A stretch of 64,000 nucleotides of DNA from Craspedostauros australis. Its lineage: Eukaryota. The notes under the pieces were generated by a model, which was not told where the DNA came from, searched no databases, and was given only the letters and a program-made list of their open reading frames with translations. The DNA lies in contig JALAGF010000008.1 in assembly GCA_030167865.1 (NCBI GenBank), forward strand, positions 1-64,000, read 5' to 3'. Of this stretch, positions 1-11,633 are shown in pieces (positions within the stretch are counted from its first letter, which is position 1; each line of letters begins with the position of its first letter). Both the position numbers and the translations under genes were made by a program.

Positions 1-1
1 C

Positions 2-1612
2 GGACCAACCAGCGGACCAACATCTGGACCAACCAGCGGACCAACATCTGGACCAACCAGCGGCCCAACCAGCGGACCAACATCTGGACCAACTTCCGGC
101 CCAACCTCGGGACCAACATCTGGACCAACAAGCGGCCCAACTTCTGGACCAACCAGCGGACCAACATCCGGACCAACCAGCGGACCAACATCTGGACCAA
201 CAAGCGGCCCAACTTCTGGACCTACTTCTGGACCAACCTCGGGACCAACTTCAGGCCCAACATCCGGACCAACGTCTGGACCAACTGAAACCGCCTGCAT
301 CTACACTGTTCTCGATTTCGCGACCGACGCTGGAGGCAACCCAACAGGCAACGGATATGTGCCCTCGGATGTGTACTCACAATACGACATTGATGCCATC
401 ACAGTAGATGTCACCGGCAGCCCAGGATCCTACGGTGGACCAAACAACATGAGCGGCAGATACTGGGTCACTGGCAACCCGCTGGTGGGCACCGCCTTGA
501 TCATCCAAGGAGCGGAGGGACCCACCGCGGTTCCAAGCGACGATGGTGGTGATATCGTGTTCACCCTCGACGGAGCTTCAGGAGAAGAGATGCAGCTCAC
601 ATTCTTCGATCTTGCGGAGGACGTGACAATCACACTCAACACAGAGACTGACCCAGAGGCTGGCGGTACAAGCACGACTGTCCCTGTCGTCGCCGACCCA
701 AGTGGTGGGCTGCAGTCCATCGAGATCGATATCTCGCTCATCAAGCAGGTCATTGTTACATTCACAGGTCGCGGAGCCATCGCTTCCGTTGGCATCTGTC
801 GCGATCCAAACACTCCACCACCAATGGGCAACAACAGCCCGTCGGCAACTCTGGAGCCAACATCCATGCCAACCACAAGCCCAGCACCAACCGAGACACC
901 TGGATGCCCCGAAGACATCGTGTTGGTCGCCAGCGTGGGACACACCCTTCCTCCAAGATTCGTCATCACGATCATCGAGCAAACAACCGACACTGTCACA
1001 TTCGAAGTCACCCAAAAGTTCAACAAGACCGTCAGTCGCGTCTTCACGCAGTACCACGAGACTCCAGCAGGAGAGACCGAGTGCTTCGAAGACGACAACG
1101 TCCCATACGAAGAGACTCAGCGTCACACCGCGTACTGTATGCACTGCGTACCGCTGACTATTGTCGATCTGTGGTTCTCCGATCCTACCCTCGAGCCAAC
1201 CCTGGACAATGCCATCGTTCCTCCGTGCTGCCACCCGCCAACAAACGAGACCTACCCCACCGTCCAGTACACATTCAAGCTGTACTGCGAGACCAAGTGT
1301 CCACCTGATGGAGAGCCGAACCAGTTCCAAGAGCGCCGCTTGTTGGAAGCCCCAGAAGAGCCAGTCGAAGTCGAGGCCGAGGCCATCACAGACATCGCCC
1401 CAGCTCAAGAGGAGGAGGACGACTCCAAGCATGCGTGCTCCAGCAAGGACCATCCATGCAACGGCGATATGGTCTACGTCTGCCACTACTCCAGCCGCCA
1501 CGGATACCAGACCTACTGCGTGCCAGAAGCGGATTCTGATATCGTCGAGTTCTATCCAAAGTCCTACTGCGGACGTTGTACCGGAGGACAGGGCAACTAC
1601 ATCAGAGAGTAG
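2..1612 (+). CDS. 5'-truncated secreted-type mucin-like protein: (PTSG)n repeat, Cys-containing globular region, RRL motif, C-terminal Cys-rich domain
   Basis: Frame is open from base 2 through the PTSG repeat into ORF 359..1612 (stop TAG 1610-1612). C-terminus reads ...VYVCHYSSRHGYQTYCVPEADSDIVEFYPKSYCGRC. Start and signal peptide lie outside the window. Confidence 0.85.
   Translation, partial: GPTSGPTSGPTSGPTSGPTSGPTSGPTSGPTSGPTSGPTSGPTSGPTSGPTSGPTSGPTSGPTSGPTSGPTSGPTSGPTSGPTSGPTSGPTSGPTETACIYTVLDFATDAGGNPTGNGYVPSDVYSQYDIDAITVDVTGSPGSYGGPNNMSGRYWVTGNPLVGTALIIQGAEGPTAVPSDDGGDIVFTLDGASGEEMQLTFFDLAEDVTITLNTETDPEAGGTSTTVPVVADPSGGLQSIEIDISLIKQVIVTFTGRGAIASVGICRDPNTPPPMGNNSPSATLEPTSMPTTSPAPTETPGCPEDIVLVASVGHTLPPRFVITIIEQTTDTVTFEVTQKFNKTVSRVFTQYHETPAGETECFEDDNVPYEETQRHTAYCMHCVPLTIVDLWFSDPTLEPTLDNAIVPPCCHPPTNETYPTVQYTFKLYCETKCPPDGEPNQFQERRLLEAPEEPVEVEAEAITDIAPAQEEEDDSKHACSSKDHPCNGDMVYVCHYSSRHGYQTYCVPEADSDIVEFYPKSYCGRCTGGQGNYIRE
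5..280 (+). repeat. Coding tandem repeat, 23 x 12 bp, encoding Pro-Thr-Ser-Gly
   Basis: Units such as cca acc agc gga / cca aca tct gga vary only synonymously and are in frame with the downstream ORF. Confidence 0.95.
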
Positions 1613-2492
1613 ATCGAATTCTACCGACTACCACACGACGACTCGGAGTGGGCCAGACGGGAACTCGCTTCGCGTCGGAGCGCGCAAAGAGCAGAACAAC
1701 AACAACACAACAAACAAACAACAGCAGGCAGTTTTCATGTTTACGATCCGACCATTAATCTAAGCACTTTCTTCCTCTGAACTACTGTTACGCGCACCAT
1801 GCTCTGGAGTGCTCTTCCCTACATGGTCTCATGCCATCAGTGCCTGTCTGCGCAGCCTGGATCTCTGCATCTGCTGCCTGGTAGTGTCGGCACACTGACG
1901 GGTGCGACCGCTCGTACTTGTGTTTGGGCCGCACTCGCGCCGTGCTCTGCCCTCCCGTTGCTCCTCACAAGAGTCTGCCTGGCCCAGCTGACGAGCTGAT
2001 GGCACTCGTGTCACCTGTCCAAGAGCATTGGTGCTGTGGCGACACTACTCTGGCCAAGATACGAATACAACCACAGGTCCCCGACCCAGCGTCATTGCTC
2101 GAAGTACGCGCAGCGCACACATTCGTGATGAGTTATGGTCAAAGAACGTCTTGACTCAGGGAGTATACGACTATAAGATTATGTGATGTAATAGTTCTGA
2201 GTGTTTGCCTACGTACGTGTAGATTGGAGGAAGAGTGGAGTATGTAGAATTGTTAACATGCATTGTTCGTAGAGGAGTAATGTTGTGCATGACGCATGCA
2301 CTATTCCAGCTTCGTTCGTGCCGTTGTCGCTACCGCAATGCACACACGTGTTGGGAATCATATGCCGAAGATGGCGCCATGCGTCTTGCTCGCGGGCAAT
2401 GTGAGCGCCCGCCTCAAAGCCCAACTCCTCTTCGTGCGTGAAGTCACTCATGATGGCCTGTGGGTGAGTACGGCATGGTACCAGTATGATCC

Positions 2493-5400
2493 TCACAAGG
2501 ATGGCTTGAAGTTTGCCACCAAAGCCTTGCGGTCGAGCTTCCGCGCACCAGATTTGGAACGTTTGATCGCTGCTTGAGCTGCTGCCAATCTGGCGACAGG
2601 GACACGGAAGGGCGAGCAGGAGACGTAATCCAGGCCCACGCCATCGAAGAAGGTGATTGATGCCGGGTCGCCACCGTGTTCTCCGCAGATGGATAGGCTG
2701 AGGTTGGGATTGGATGCTCTGCCTTTGGCGGCCGAGAGCTTCACCAGCCAACCCACCCCGTCTTCATCGATCGTCTTGAAGGGTTCGTCTTGGAGGATGC
2801 CCTTGCTGATGTACTCAGGGATGAACGCGCCGGCGTCGTCTCTCGAGATGCCCATCGTCATCTGGGTCAGGTCATTGGTGCCATAAGAGAAGAATTGGCA
2901 AAGCAATGCGCCATCAGCGGGATCACGAAGTCCAGCGATTTGGTCCGCAACCAGCGCTGCACGTGGGACTTCGATCATGGTGCCGATCTCATGCACGATG
3001 TCCATCTTGCGCTCGGCCTGCACACGGGTTGCTGCTGCTTTGATTTGGAGCGCCTGTTGCTCGAACTCCGCCACACTCCCAACAAGCGGAACCATGATGC
3101 GTGGGAACGGTTTTGCGTTCGGATTCTCCTCCAACAGATCTGCCGCGGCATTGAGCTGCATCGGCCGGAGTACGGGGGTGGGAGCGACAACAGGATATCA
3201 AAAAGCAAGCGGATCCAAGCAAGTGGTCAGATGAAGAGCGAAAGCAGTGTTAGACTTTGAATGTGCTGTAGCAAGAGAGTGCTGCGGCAAAAGATCAATG
3301 CTGGTGTGCAGAAATTCACCTCCACCGAGGCCACCCAAGCATGGTCATGGCAAGTATGGTACAGTTCGGCAGGTCCACATCATCAATGAAATCAAGCCGA
3401 CGGCATTTTCACACAACTTACAATCGCCTCGACTTGCATGTCGGTGAGCTCTGGACGAACGATCGCCAGACGACATCCGCGCAGCCCAAGCATGGGGTTT
3501 TCCTCATGCATGGCCTCGATGTCATCGATCAGGTCTTCCATGTGGGTGTATCCCAATTCAGCCGCCATGTCTGCGTCCACCTGCCCGGCACGTGGCAAGA
3601 ACTCATGCAACGGCGGATCGAGAAGGCGGATGGTGACAGGGCGGCCATCCATCGCGGACATGATTTCACGGAAGTCGGTACGTTGGAAATCTCGGACCTG
3701 ATCCAACCCCTCTCCTCGGAGGATCCAGCGACGAACGACCGGGAGGCGTTCAGGAGCAAAGAACATGTGCTCCGTGCGCGTGAGACCAATGCCCTTCGCA
3801 CCCAGATCTTTGGCACGAGTTGCGTCGGGGCCAGAGTCTGCGTTCGTCAAGACCTTCATGGTGTCAGCGACTTCATCCGCCCAGCTCAGGACCTTACCGA
3901 ACGATCCCTGCACGGTGACACTGCTCGTCTGGATGGGGACGCCAACGACCTCTCCAGTATTGCCATTGATGGAAATCTGGTCACCCTCCTTGAACACCTT
4001 CCCGGTACTCTTGATCGTCATGGTCTTGCTGTTTTCGTCGATGTCCAGCTCCTCACAACCGCACACGCATGGTTTCCCCCATCCGCGAGCGACGACCGCA
4101 GCGTCTACTCGATGTCCAAGATAAAAACAACGAGCACAAAACAACGTGGAGCAAGGAAGCGACGACAGAGGGACAGGTGGTGAGACTATGCACAAAGGGC
4201 ATCAGATGGGGCGCATGCTGGCATCGTTTGGATCTGTCACCGAATCAGCTCTTGCGCTGGATGAAGCATGCCGACACGGCAGGCGTAAAATCGTGGCTGC
4301 TGCGACTGCAAGAGGGAAACGTGGGAACATGGCAGGTGTGCATAACACATCCGCGCAGTTGGAGATGCAATATGCACCGCCGCCGCCACCACGACCGCCT
4401 TTCTCGCCATCCGAAAAGAAACGAAGCGCAATCACAGCCTGTGATGCGCGGCATGGGTCATTGCAGCTGAGAGCTGTGACTTACGTGAAGTGATTCCACC
4501 GCGGGCTGTCAGGATACCTTTGGCTGCCCACATACCGCCCACATCTTCGGGCGAAGTGTTCTCTCGCACCAAAATCACGCCCTCCTCACTCTGTGCCTCG
4601 GCATCCTCGGTGGAAAAGACGAGTTTTCCGACTGCGGCCCCTGGACCGCCGGTAAGTCCTACCGCGACTACGTTCGAGGTGTACTGAGTCGAGTTGAGGA
4701 CCTCCTTGGAGAAGGAAGGGTGCAAGATTTGCTTGACGTGATCAGGTTCGATCCTGAGCAACGCATCCTGCTTGCTGGTTAGACCTTCCTCCACCATGTC
4801 CACGGCGATTTGGAAGGCTGCCTGTCCGGTGCGCTTTCCCGATCGGCACTGCAGCATCCAGAGCTTGCCGTTCTCCACGGTGAACTCGACATCCTGCATG
4901 TCGCCGAAGTGACGCTCGAGTTTGTCGACCGTGTCGATGAACTGTGTGTAAGCCTCCGGGAGCACCTTTCCCATGGTAGCGATCGGTTCTGGCGTGCGGA
5001 TGCCTGCCACGACGTCTTCGCCCTGGGCGTTGATCAAGTACTCTCCAAGGAGCTCTGCATTGCCGTTGCCGGGGTCGCGAGAGAAGGCGACGCCAGTTCC
5101 GGACGTCTGCCCCAAATTTCCAAAGACCATGCATTGGAGGTTGCAGGCGGTGCCGACGAGGCTGGTGATCTCGTTGATCTCGCGGTATTTGATGGCGCGT
5201 TCGGAGTTCCAAGACCCGAAGACGGCCCGGACGCAGGCCTTGAGCTGGTCGAATGGATCTTGTGGGAAGACCTTGCCGTAGTCCTCGAAGACTTGGTAGT
5301 ACTTGGTAACGAGGACCTTGAGCTGGTCGGCTGTGAAGTCGGTGTCGCTGGTGATGCCGGTGTCCTGCTTGAGGCCGTCCATCTTGGTCTCGAAGGCTTC

Positions 5401-6811
5401 ATGCGGGATGCCCAAGACAACGTCGCCGAACATGTCAAGCAGACGACGGTAGGCATCGAAAGCGAACCTTTCATCGCCTGCCGCCTTTGCCAAGGCATGG
5501 ACGGTATCCTCGTTGAGTCCCTGCGATGCATAGGTATGTGATTCATACATGATGCAAGTGTTGTTGTCGACGTGCAGAGTCATTGTTGTTGGCAGGCAAA
5601 ATGCGTGGAAAAGGCACAGCAGAACGGAACAAGACCATTGCAACAGAGGTAAGCAGAGTTTGAGTGTGTTGATTGAGGCGCAATGTCATGACAAGACAAC
5701 ATTCCATCATGGCCGTGGCGGAGCGGTGTGCTACGCGTAGCTGCGATGCGGTCAGCAATCGAACAATTGCCATGGAGATCCGCAAGCACGCCCAAAGCAT
5801 GAATCTGCGACAAAATCGCTCCTTCCGACTCACAATGTTGAGGACCGTGTCCATCATGCCGGGCATGGAGATGGCGGCACCGCTTCTGCAGGAAAACAAG
5901 AGCGGGTTTCCCGATTTGGTGCCGTACTCCTTGCCGGTGTCGGCTTCGACCTGGCGAACGGACTCGCGGATGGCCGTCCAAACGGATGCGGGGAGGTCGT
6001 TGCCGAGGCCCTCGAAGTTCTGGCAGAGCTGGGTGGTGAGGGTGAATCCAGGGGGCACATGGGCGCCGATCTTGGTCATTTCTTGCAGTCCCAAGCCTTT
6101 GCCTCCGAGGATGGTCTTGTCCGGTTTGTCGACGGGGGTTGCGCTGCCGCCGAAGGGGACGATGCAGGCATCCACTTGTTCTGGTGTCATGATGGTCGTC
6201 ATCGTTGCTTTGCTTATTGCTGTTGCTGTTTCGTTTGTTCCTTCTTCTTCGTCTTTGTTGTTGAAATCTGCTGAAGGATTTGCTTCTGTTGATTTTATGG
6301 GTGCTGAGAAGAGGGATGAGGAGGTTGCGGAAGTTGGGCAAGTGGAGGATGCATCCGGCGCCGTCGTGATCTTTCCACCAAATGCCAACGATGAAGAGAC
6401 GATGGGTGGCGGAAACGAGAAGGTCGCAGCCTCATTGGTTCGGGTGCCCATGTTCTGACTTCCCGTTTTGACTGAGTGACGACCATGGTGGAAGGAGGGT
6501 GGAATAAGAAACGCTTCGGATACTGGCCACCCAGAAGTCCTCCTCGACGATGACGACGACGAAAGAGAAGTTGGCGATGATGGATGATGATGATGATGGA
6601 ACACGAATGGCGACATCATCATGATCAGAACCTTGGCTGTCATCATCCTCGACATCGACGGCATCGCATCAAATCCGAAGGATGATGTCAGCATCAGGGA
6701 GCCTCCGATCGATCCTGCGGCATTTGCGGTGATGGGCCCTTGGCTGATGTCACCCATCATGGCGATCAGCAGGGGCATGCCCAGAAGCAGAACCTTGGAA
6801 GGGCACTTCAT
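2493..6811 (-). CDS. PPDK: Pyruvate, phosphate dikinase (4 exons, ~1119 aa, long N-terminal presequence)
   Basis: Exons 6811-5834, 5520-4485, 4104-3422 and 3155-2493 join in frame across GT-AG introns. Motifs: LGGKG, [83 protein letters not shown]. The exact start Met is uncertain. Confidence 0.96.
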
Positions 6812-9685
6812 GGCTCACTTTTCCGAAGCACCAGTTGGCTGGTTGGTGTTGCCTTGCGTTGGTGTGGCACTTGATGTGCGGGCACGGTCACGAATACGAA
6901 GACGCGTACTGCGGTACGTGCGTGCGTGTTTGCTGAAGTTCGCCAACTCGTGGTGGGATCTCCTTCGCCAGTTCGGATCGGTGACACAGCCCACTTGGCC
7001 CAGTTTGGCGCAGTCGCGAGTACCAGAGTACACGAGGCAAGTGATGATGAAGTGCCTCTCTCTTGTTGCTGATACAGCGTCGTGCACGAACGTGATGGTC
7101 TCGGCTCGTCTCGCCAGAGAGCTTACGAACCTGGTCCGAATCTTGTTCAGCCACAGTTGGTCCGTTGGGACGGAGTAGAATGGAATGTCACCAGGAGGGA
7201 TGCTGATGATGCGCTGATGCGCTGATGTCGCGAACCGACCAGTTTGATGTTGACACCTGGCTTCGCACGAATCCTTCTTGATGGAGGGGCGTCGATGATG
7301 TGGGCAGAAGGAACGCTCAAAACGGACGCAGTCGCCTGGATGTGCAGATTGTTCGCAGCTTCGGCTGTGCTTGTTGTGATGTCTTTCGCTTTGGACCTTG
7401 GAGACGTCTTGAGTGTTTTGGGTTTTTGTTTTGTGCTTCGAGCCGTTGCTTTTGTCCCTTTGCGCGATCGATACATCGCGAGTGCGAGTGCAAGCGCGAC
7501 GCTCTTGCTGTCGTCTCTGTTGGCACGAACAGCCCACATCTGGTCCAGAGCACAGGATGGTGCGAGCACTTACCCATCTTAGCTGTCCGGATCCAGAGAG
7601 AGATCACCCAATCGAGAAACAGACAACAGACACGGAGGAGGCAAAAACGAACATTCCTCGAAACTCCTTTGGCATTACATCCTCTTGATGTGTTCGACTT
7701 GATGCCTGTCTTCGCCATGTGTCATCTCATCGATGTGATCGTTCTGCACGTTTCGAATCACGGTGACATCATGAGATGTTCGACATCAGCTGTTCGTCAT
7801 CTTCCACGCGCTTTCATTGGTCAATTTACCTATCAATCGTGTGCAGAAACGAACGCGTCACATTCCAATTTCGCACCAAGAAGCAAAGCGAAACCAGACT
7901 TGTCGGTGTGTGGGTAGAGCAGATCGTTGAGTAGAGTACGAGTTAATCTCGCTCCCCACATCTATTCTATCTGTCTTGCTATGTGGTGGCCTGTTGCAAT
8001 CGAACTTGTACAATACTACATTATATTCTACCACACATGAGTACCAAGCTGACTGGAGTATGGTACATATCCGGACTGCACGCAAGAGCATGCGAGCACT
8101 GGAGTCCAATGTTCCCAAAGCTTAGACTATCAATAGAGTGTTGTGTAGAGGAGAGTGCATAGCCTTCGTACAAACCATCCTGACGACGAGCGAATGTGTC
8201 ATCTGGATGGGAGTATAGTAGAGTGGCAACATCACCAACAGAAGGCGACAGGCAACGCGTCGTGCTCGTCTGCTGCAACACGAGTATTGTACCCAAGGCA
8301 TCCCCGAATCGGAACCTCGCCCATCGTCGCCTGGTTCTTCTTCCTCTGCCTCATTCTTTCGGAAAGAGAAGTGCGGTGATGGAACATGTCTCAAGTCCGC
8401 ATCTGCACAAGCATCGGAGAAAACAAATCCTATCGGATACGATGCCAAAGAAATGGAATGGAATGACACAGGAGGCATCACAGAATGGGAACAACATGCG
8501 ATGCGGTGCACGCGCGGCCTGGCACGGTCTGGCGCAACTGCCTCATCTTGTCATGTGTGCTTCTGTGAGCGTTTCGGAATGCAATGCAATGTCAGGGTAG
8601 GGCAGGCATATGCCCGAGTGGCTTCTTCGTATCCAGAACCACCCCATCACGGTCACGGCCATCGTGCTCGCAATTGCAGTTGTGGCCGTTCTGATGATCG
8701 GATGAGAGCTTTCCTGCTGCAGAAGACGGACGCGTTCCTCATTCGAAAACGTCATTCATCTCCGTCTTTAGGTCTGCGCGGCCCATCCTCGTTCGGTTCC
8801 GATCTTCGCTTGCAGACACTCAGTTCGGCTTCGGAGAACGTGTAATAGTCGCGAGTAACTTCATTGTTCCACCATACTGCCGATACCATGCTGTGGAGAA
8901 TTGTGCGATTCATCATTGCCTTGCGACGATCAAACTTTCGGAGCCGAAAATAAGACAATACGCCGTTCGCAAAACCAAACGATGCTGAACGTCACACCAA
9001 CCTCATCGGTTCTGGATACGCCTCGTCGCCTCCCTGTGACAATCAGAACCAGGAGCACTTTTTTGTATCAGGGTCCTTCTGCCCACTCGAATGCAAGCGT
9101 CATCTGCGTGGCGTGTGGTGTTCGCACGACGGTGTCTGTTTGATGCGAGATGATAGACGCCATCCGTACGATAGCAGACACTATACGTGTGTAATAGTTT
9201 ATGAATAATAAAACATATTATTTAATTACCGCTGGTACCAAAGAGAAAGGCTGTCGGCATTCGGGCTAGCGAACAGAGATAACAAAGATATAAATATAAC
9301 GGTCGCAGCCAGAACAAAGGAATTGGTCATTGTGACGGAAATGGTATCTTTCCCCGCACCAACCTCTTCCGACGCCACCAAAACGCACACATCCAGACAC
9401 GGGCGCGTTGATGTGTTGCTGTGTTGCTGCGTTGCTGTGTTCCTGTGTGTTGCTTGGCGCCAACAATGCAACCATCCGGCCAACCAGACTGCATCGTCTG
9501 CCTTGGCCATGCACGAGCTCACAGCATCATTGAACTTGTGGAAGATACTTTGAGATCAACTGCCAAACATCTTTGGACCAGTCGGTCTGCCAATCAAGCC
9601 ACCAAGCCACCACTCTATCTGCTCTATTCGTATATTATCTATTCTATTTTACCAACCATCCTCAGCAAGCTTCTGTCGCGACACC

Positions 9686-10762
9686 ATGTCATCCAAGGGC
9701 CGCAGCGAGATTTCGGATGCGGCTTACGAAACCATCAAGATCCTCAAGGATGGCACCTACACTGCGACCGATCCCATCTCGAAGCGAGATGCCGTAGTGG
9801 ACATGAAGGACATCCTTAAGACCGCCTGCGATGGGACGCAATGCTACGCGCACAACGCCCCCCTGCGGGTGCCCGCCGCACAGTACCAAACCGACGTGCA
9901 GGTCACGAAGGAGACCACGCTGCAATGCGCCAGCCGTCTGTCGAAGGATTTTGAGAATGGCAGCATCGGCATCCTCAACTTCGCCAGCGCCAAGCATCCG
10001 GGAGGTGGCTTCCAGCGGGGTTCCTGGGCGCAGGAGGAAACCATCGCCACCTGCTCTGGCCTGTACGCCTGTCTCACGACTCCGCAGGCCAAGGTCTTTT
10101 ACGACGCGCATGATCCCAAGAAGAACAAGAAGGGTGGGCTTTCGGGTGGGGCAAAGAAGCCAGCTCGACGGGGGTTGTTTGGCAAGGGATTCCGATCCTC
10201 CAAGGCCGGCGCTGGTTCCGCAACTGCAACGACGAAAAGCAGCGCGGCTCCGGAATCGGCATCCGCCAATGAACCACCCTACAATATTTACACGCACAAC
10301 ATAGTATTCGCACCCAACGTTCCCGTATTTCGCAACGAACGCAACTTGGAGCTGACCACGTCCATGTACACGTGCAACATGATCAGCGCCTGCGCCGTCA
10401 ACTTCAACGCCGGTATGTTCTCCAAGCGCAAGCTCACCATCGAAGAGAAGGAGTTCCCTCTGCAGACCATGCAGATGCGGGCGCTGCGCATCCTGCAGGT
10501 GGCCGCGCATCACAAGATCGACACGCTGGTGCTGGGTGCATGGGGATGCGGCGTCTTCAAGAACGATCCCTACGACGTGGCCAAGATGTTCAAGGGCGCC
10601 CTGCTGCATCCGGATATGGAGCACGCCTTCCGCTCGATCGTATTCGCCATTCCTGATGACCCCAAGAGCCCTGAGACCAGCCTGTGGTTCACCAAGGAAT
10701 TTGCCAAGGAGAAGGTCGACCCACGGTTGAAGTCGGCCGTCAACAACCTTCCGAGGTGGTAA
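9686..10762 (+). CDS. Microbial-type poly(ADP-ribose) glycohydrolase / TIGR02452 (DUF2263) macrodomain protein
   Basis: LNFASAKHPGGGFQRGSWAQEETI (PARG GGG-x6-QEE signature) and LVLGAWGCGVFKNDP; intronless; caccATG start context. Confidence 0.88.
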   Translation: MSSKGRSEISDAAYETIKILKDGTYTATDPISKRDAVVDMKDILKTACDGTQCYAHNAPLRVPAAQYQTDVQVTKETTLQCASRLSKDFENGSIGILNFASAKHPGGGFQRGSWAQEETIATCSGLYACLTTPQAKVFYDAHDPKKNKKGGLSGGAKKPARRGLFGKGFRSSKAGAGSATATTKSSAAPESASANEPPYNIYTHNIVFAPNVPVFRNERNLELTTSMYTCNMISACAVNFNAGMFSKRKLTIEEKEFPLQTMQMRALRILQVAAHHKIDTLVLGAWGCGVFKNDPYDVAKMFKGALLHPDMEHAFRSIVFAIPDDPKSPETSLWFTKEFAKEKVDPRLKSAVNNLPRW

Positions 10763-11633
10763 GGGCATTGGGAATGATGTGACGCGATGGGAGGGGATGG
10801 GATGGAATATGATGGTGACATTGCACATGACCCGATGGACATTGAACGTGGATCCAGCTGTGCGGTCTCATCATCATTCCATACTTCGTCTCGTTCGTCT
10901 CGAATACGATGGGATGGCACATCCACGAGCATGTACGGGTGTGGTGCTCTGTTGCACACTCCAGCAGGTTATTTAAAATGCAACGCTCTAGAGAGTAGAG
11001 TATGGTACTTCATGCATATACTACACGCAGGCATGGGCAGGGGAAGGACAGCTACTATTATTATACAATAGAACAATATTATGATGTATAATATTATGTA
11101 TTATAATATCGTACAGTAGTAGTATGTATATTGATAGAGCAGTATGACGCATTCTGCTCTGGCATAACCCTGTGTCTATGGCACATGATTTGGAACGCCC
11201 CATTCCTGGCCGTACGATCTCGACCAACCGATCGGACCGCGTTGCAGGCAGTGTGCAGAATTGCGGCAGGTGGTGCCATAAATGAGTCTGGCCGACACAC
11301 CGTCGAAAGACACAAATCCAAACAGATGCCAACAGATGCAAAAAGCGAAACTCGTGGTTTGGAGGTTGTTCTCCGAAGAACACGAAGAACCAGCCACCCA
11401 TCACATCTGCGATCGTGTCCGCAGCTGCATCCGCGGTCTCAAAGATCGGCGTCTTCCTCCTCGCAACGCTCCACCACCCATCGCAACCTCATAATCCGTC
11501 GCTGCCACCAACTTCAAGAGGTAGCAAGAGACACTGCACAGTTCATCAGAGCAAAGCAGACGCGTTCGTACACATAATATTGCTTGCCCAGTCCTCAAAC
11601 CACACTTCCACGCCCTTTTCTCACACCGATCGG

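Noticed and set aside
1-285. Tandem repeat at the window start as a telomere, satellite or CRISPR array
   Set aside because: Variation is synonymous and the repeat is in frame with a CDS; there are no spacers.
2209-2492. Possible extra PPDK 3' exon or small ORF (MSDFTHEEELG...CVHC)
   Set aside because: PPDK already ends at a normal position and no convincing in-phase donor site was found.
6815-9550. Several 100-240 aa ORFs between PPDK and the PARG gene, including hydrophobic snippets near 8320 and 8650
   Set aside because: No recognisable motifs, frequent stops and no consistent exon chain; a decayed gene cannot be excluded.
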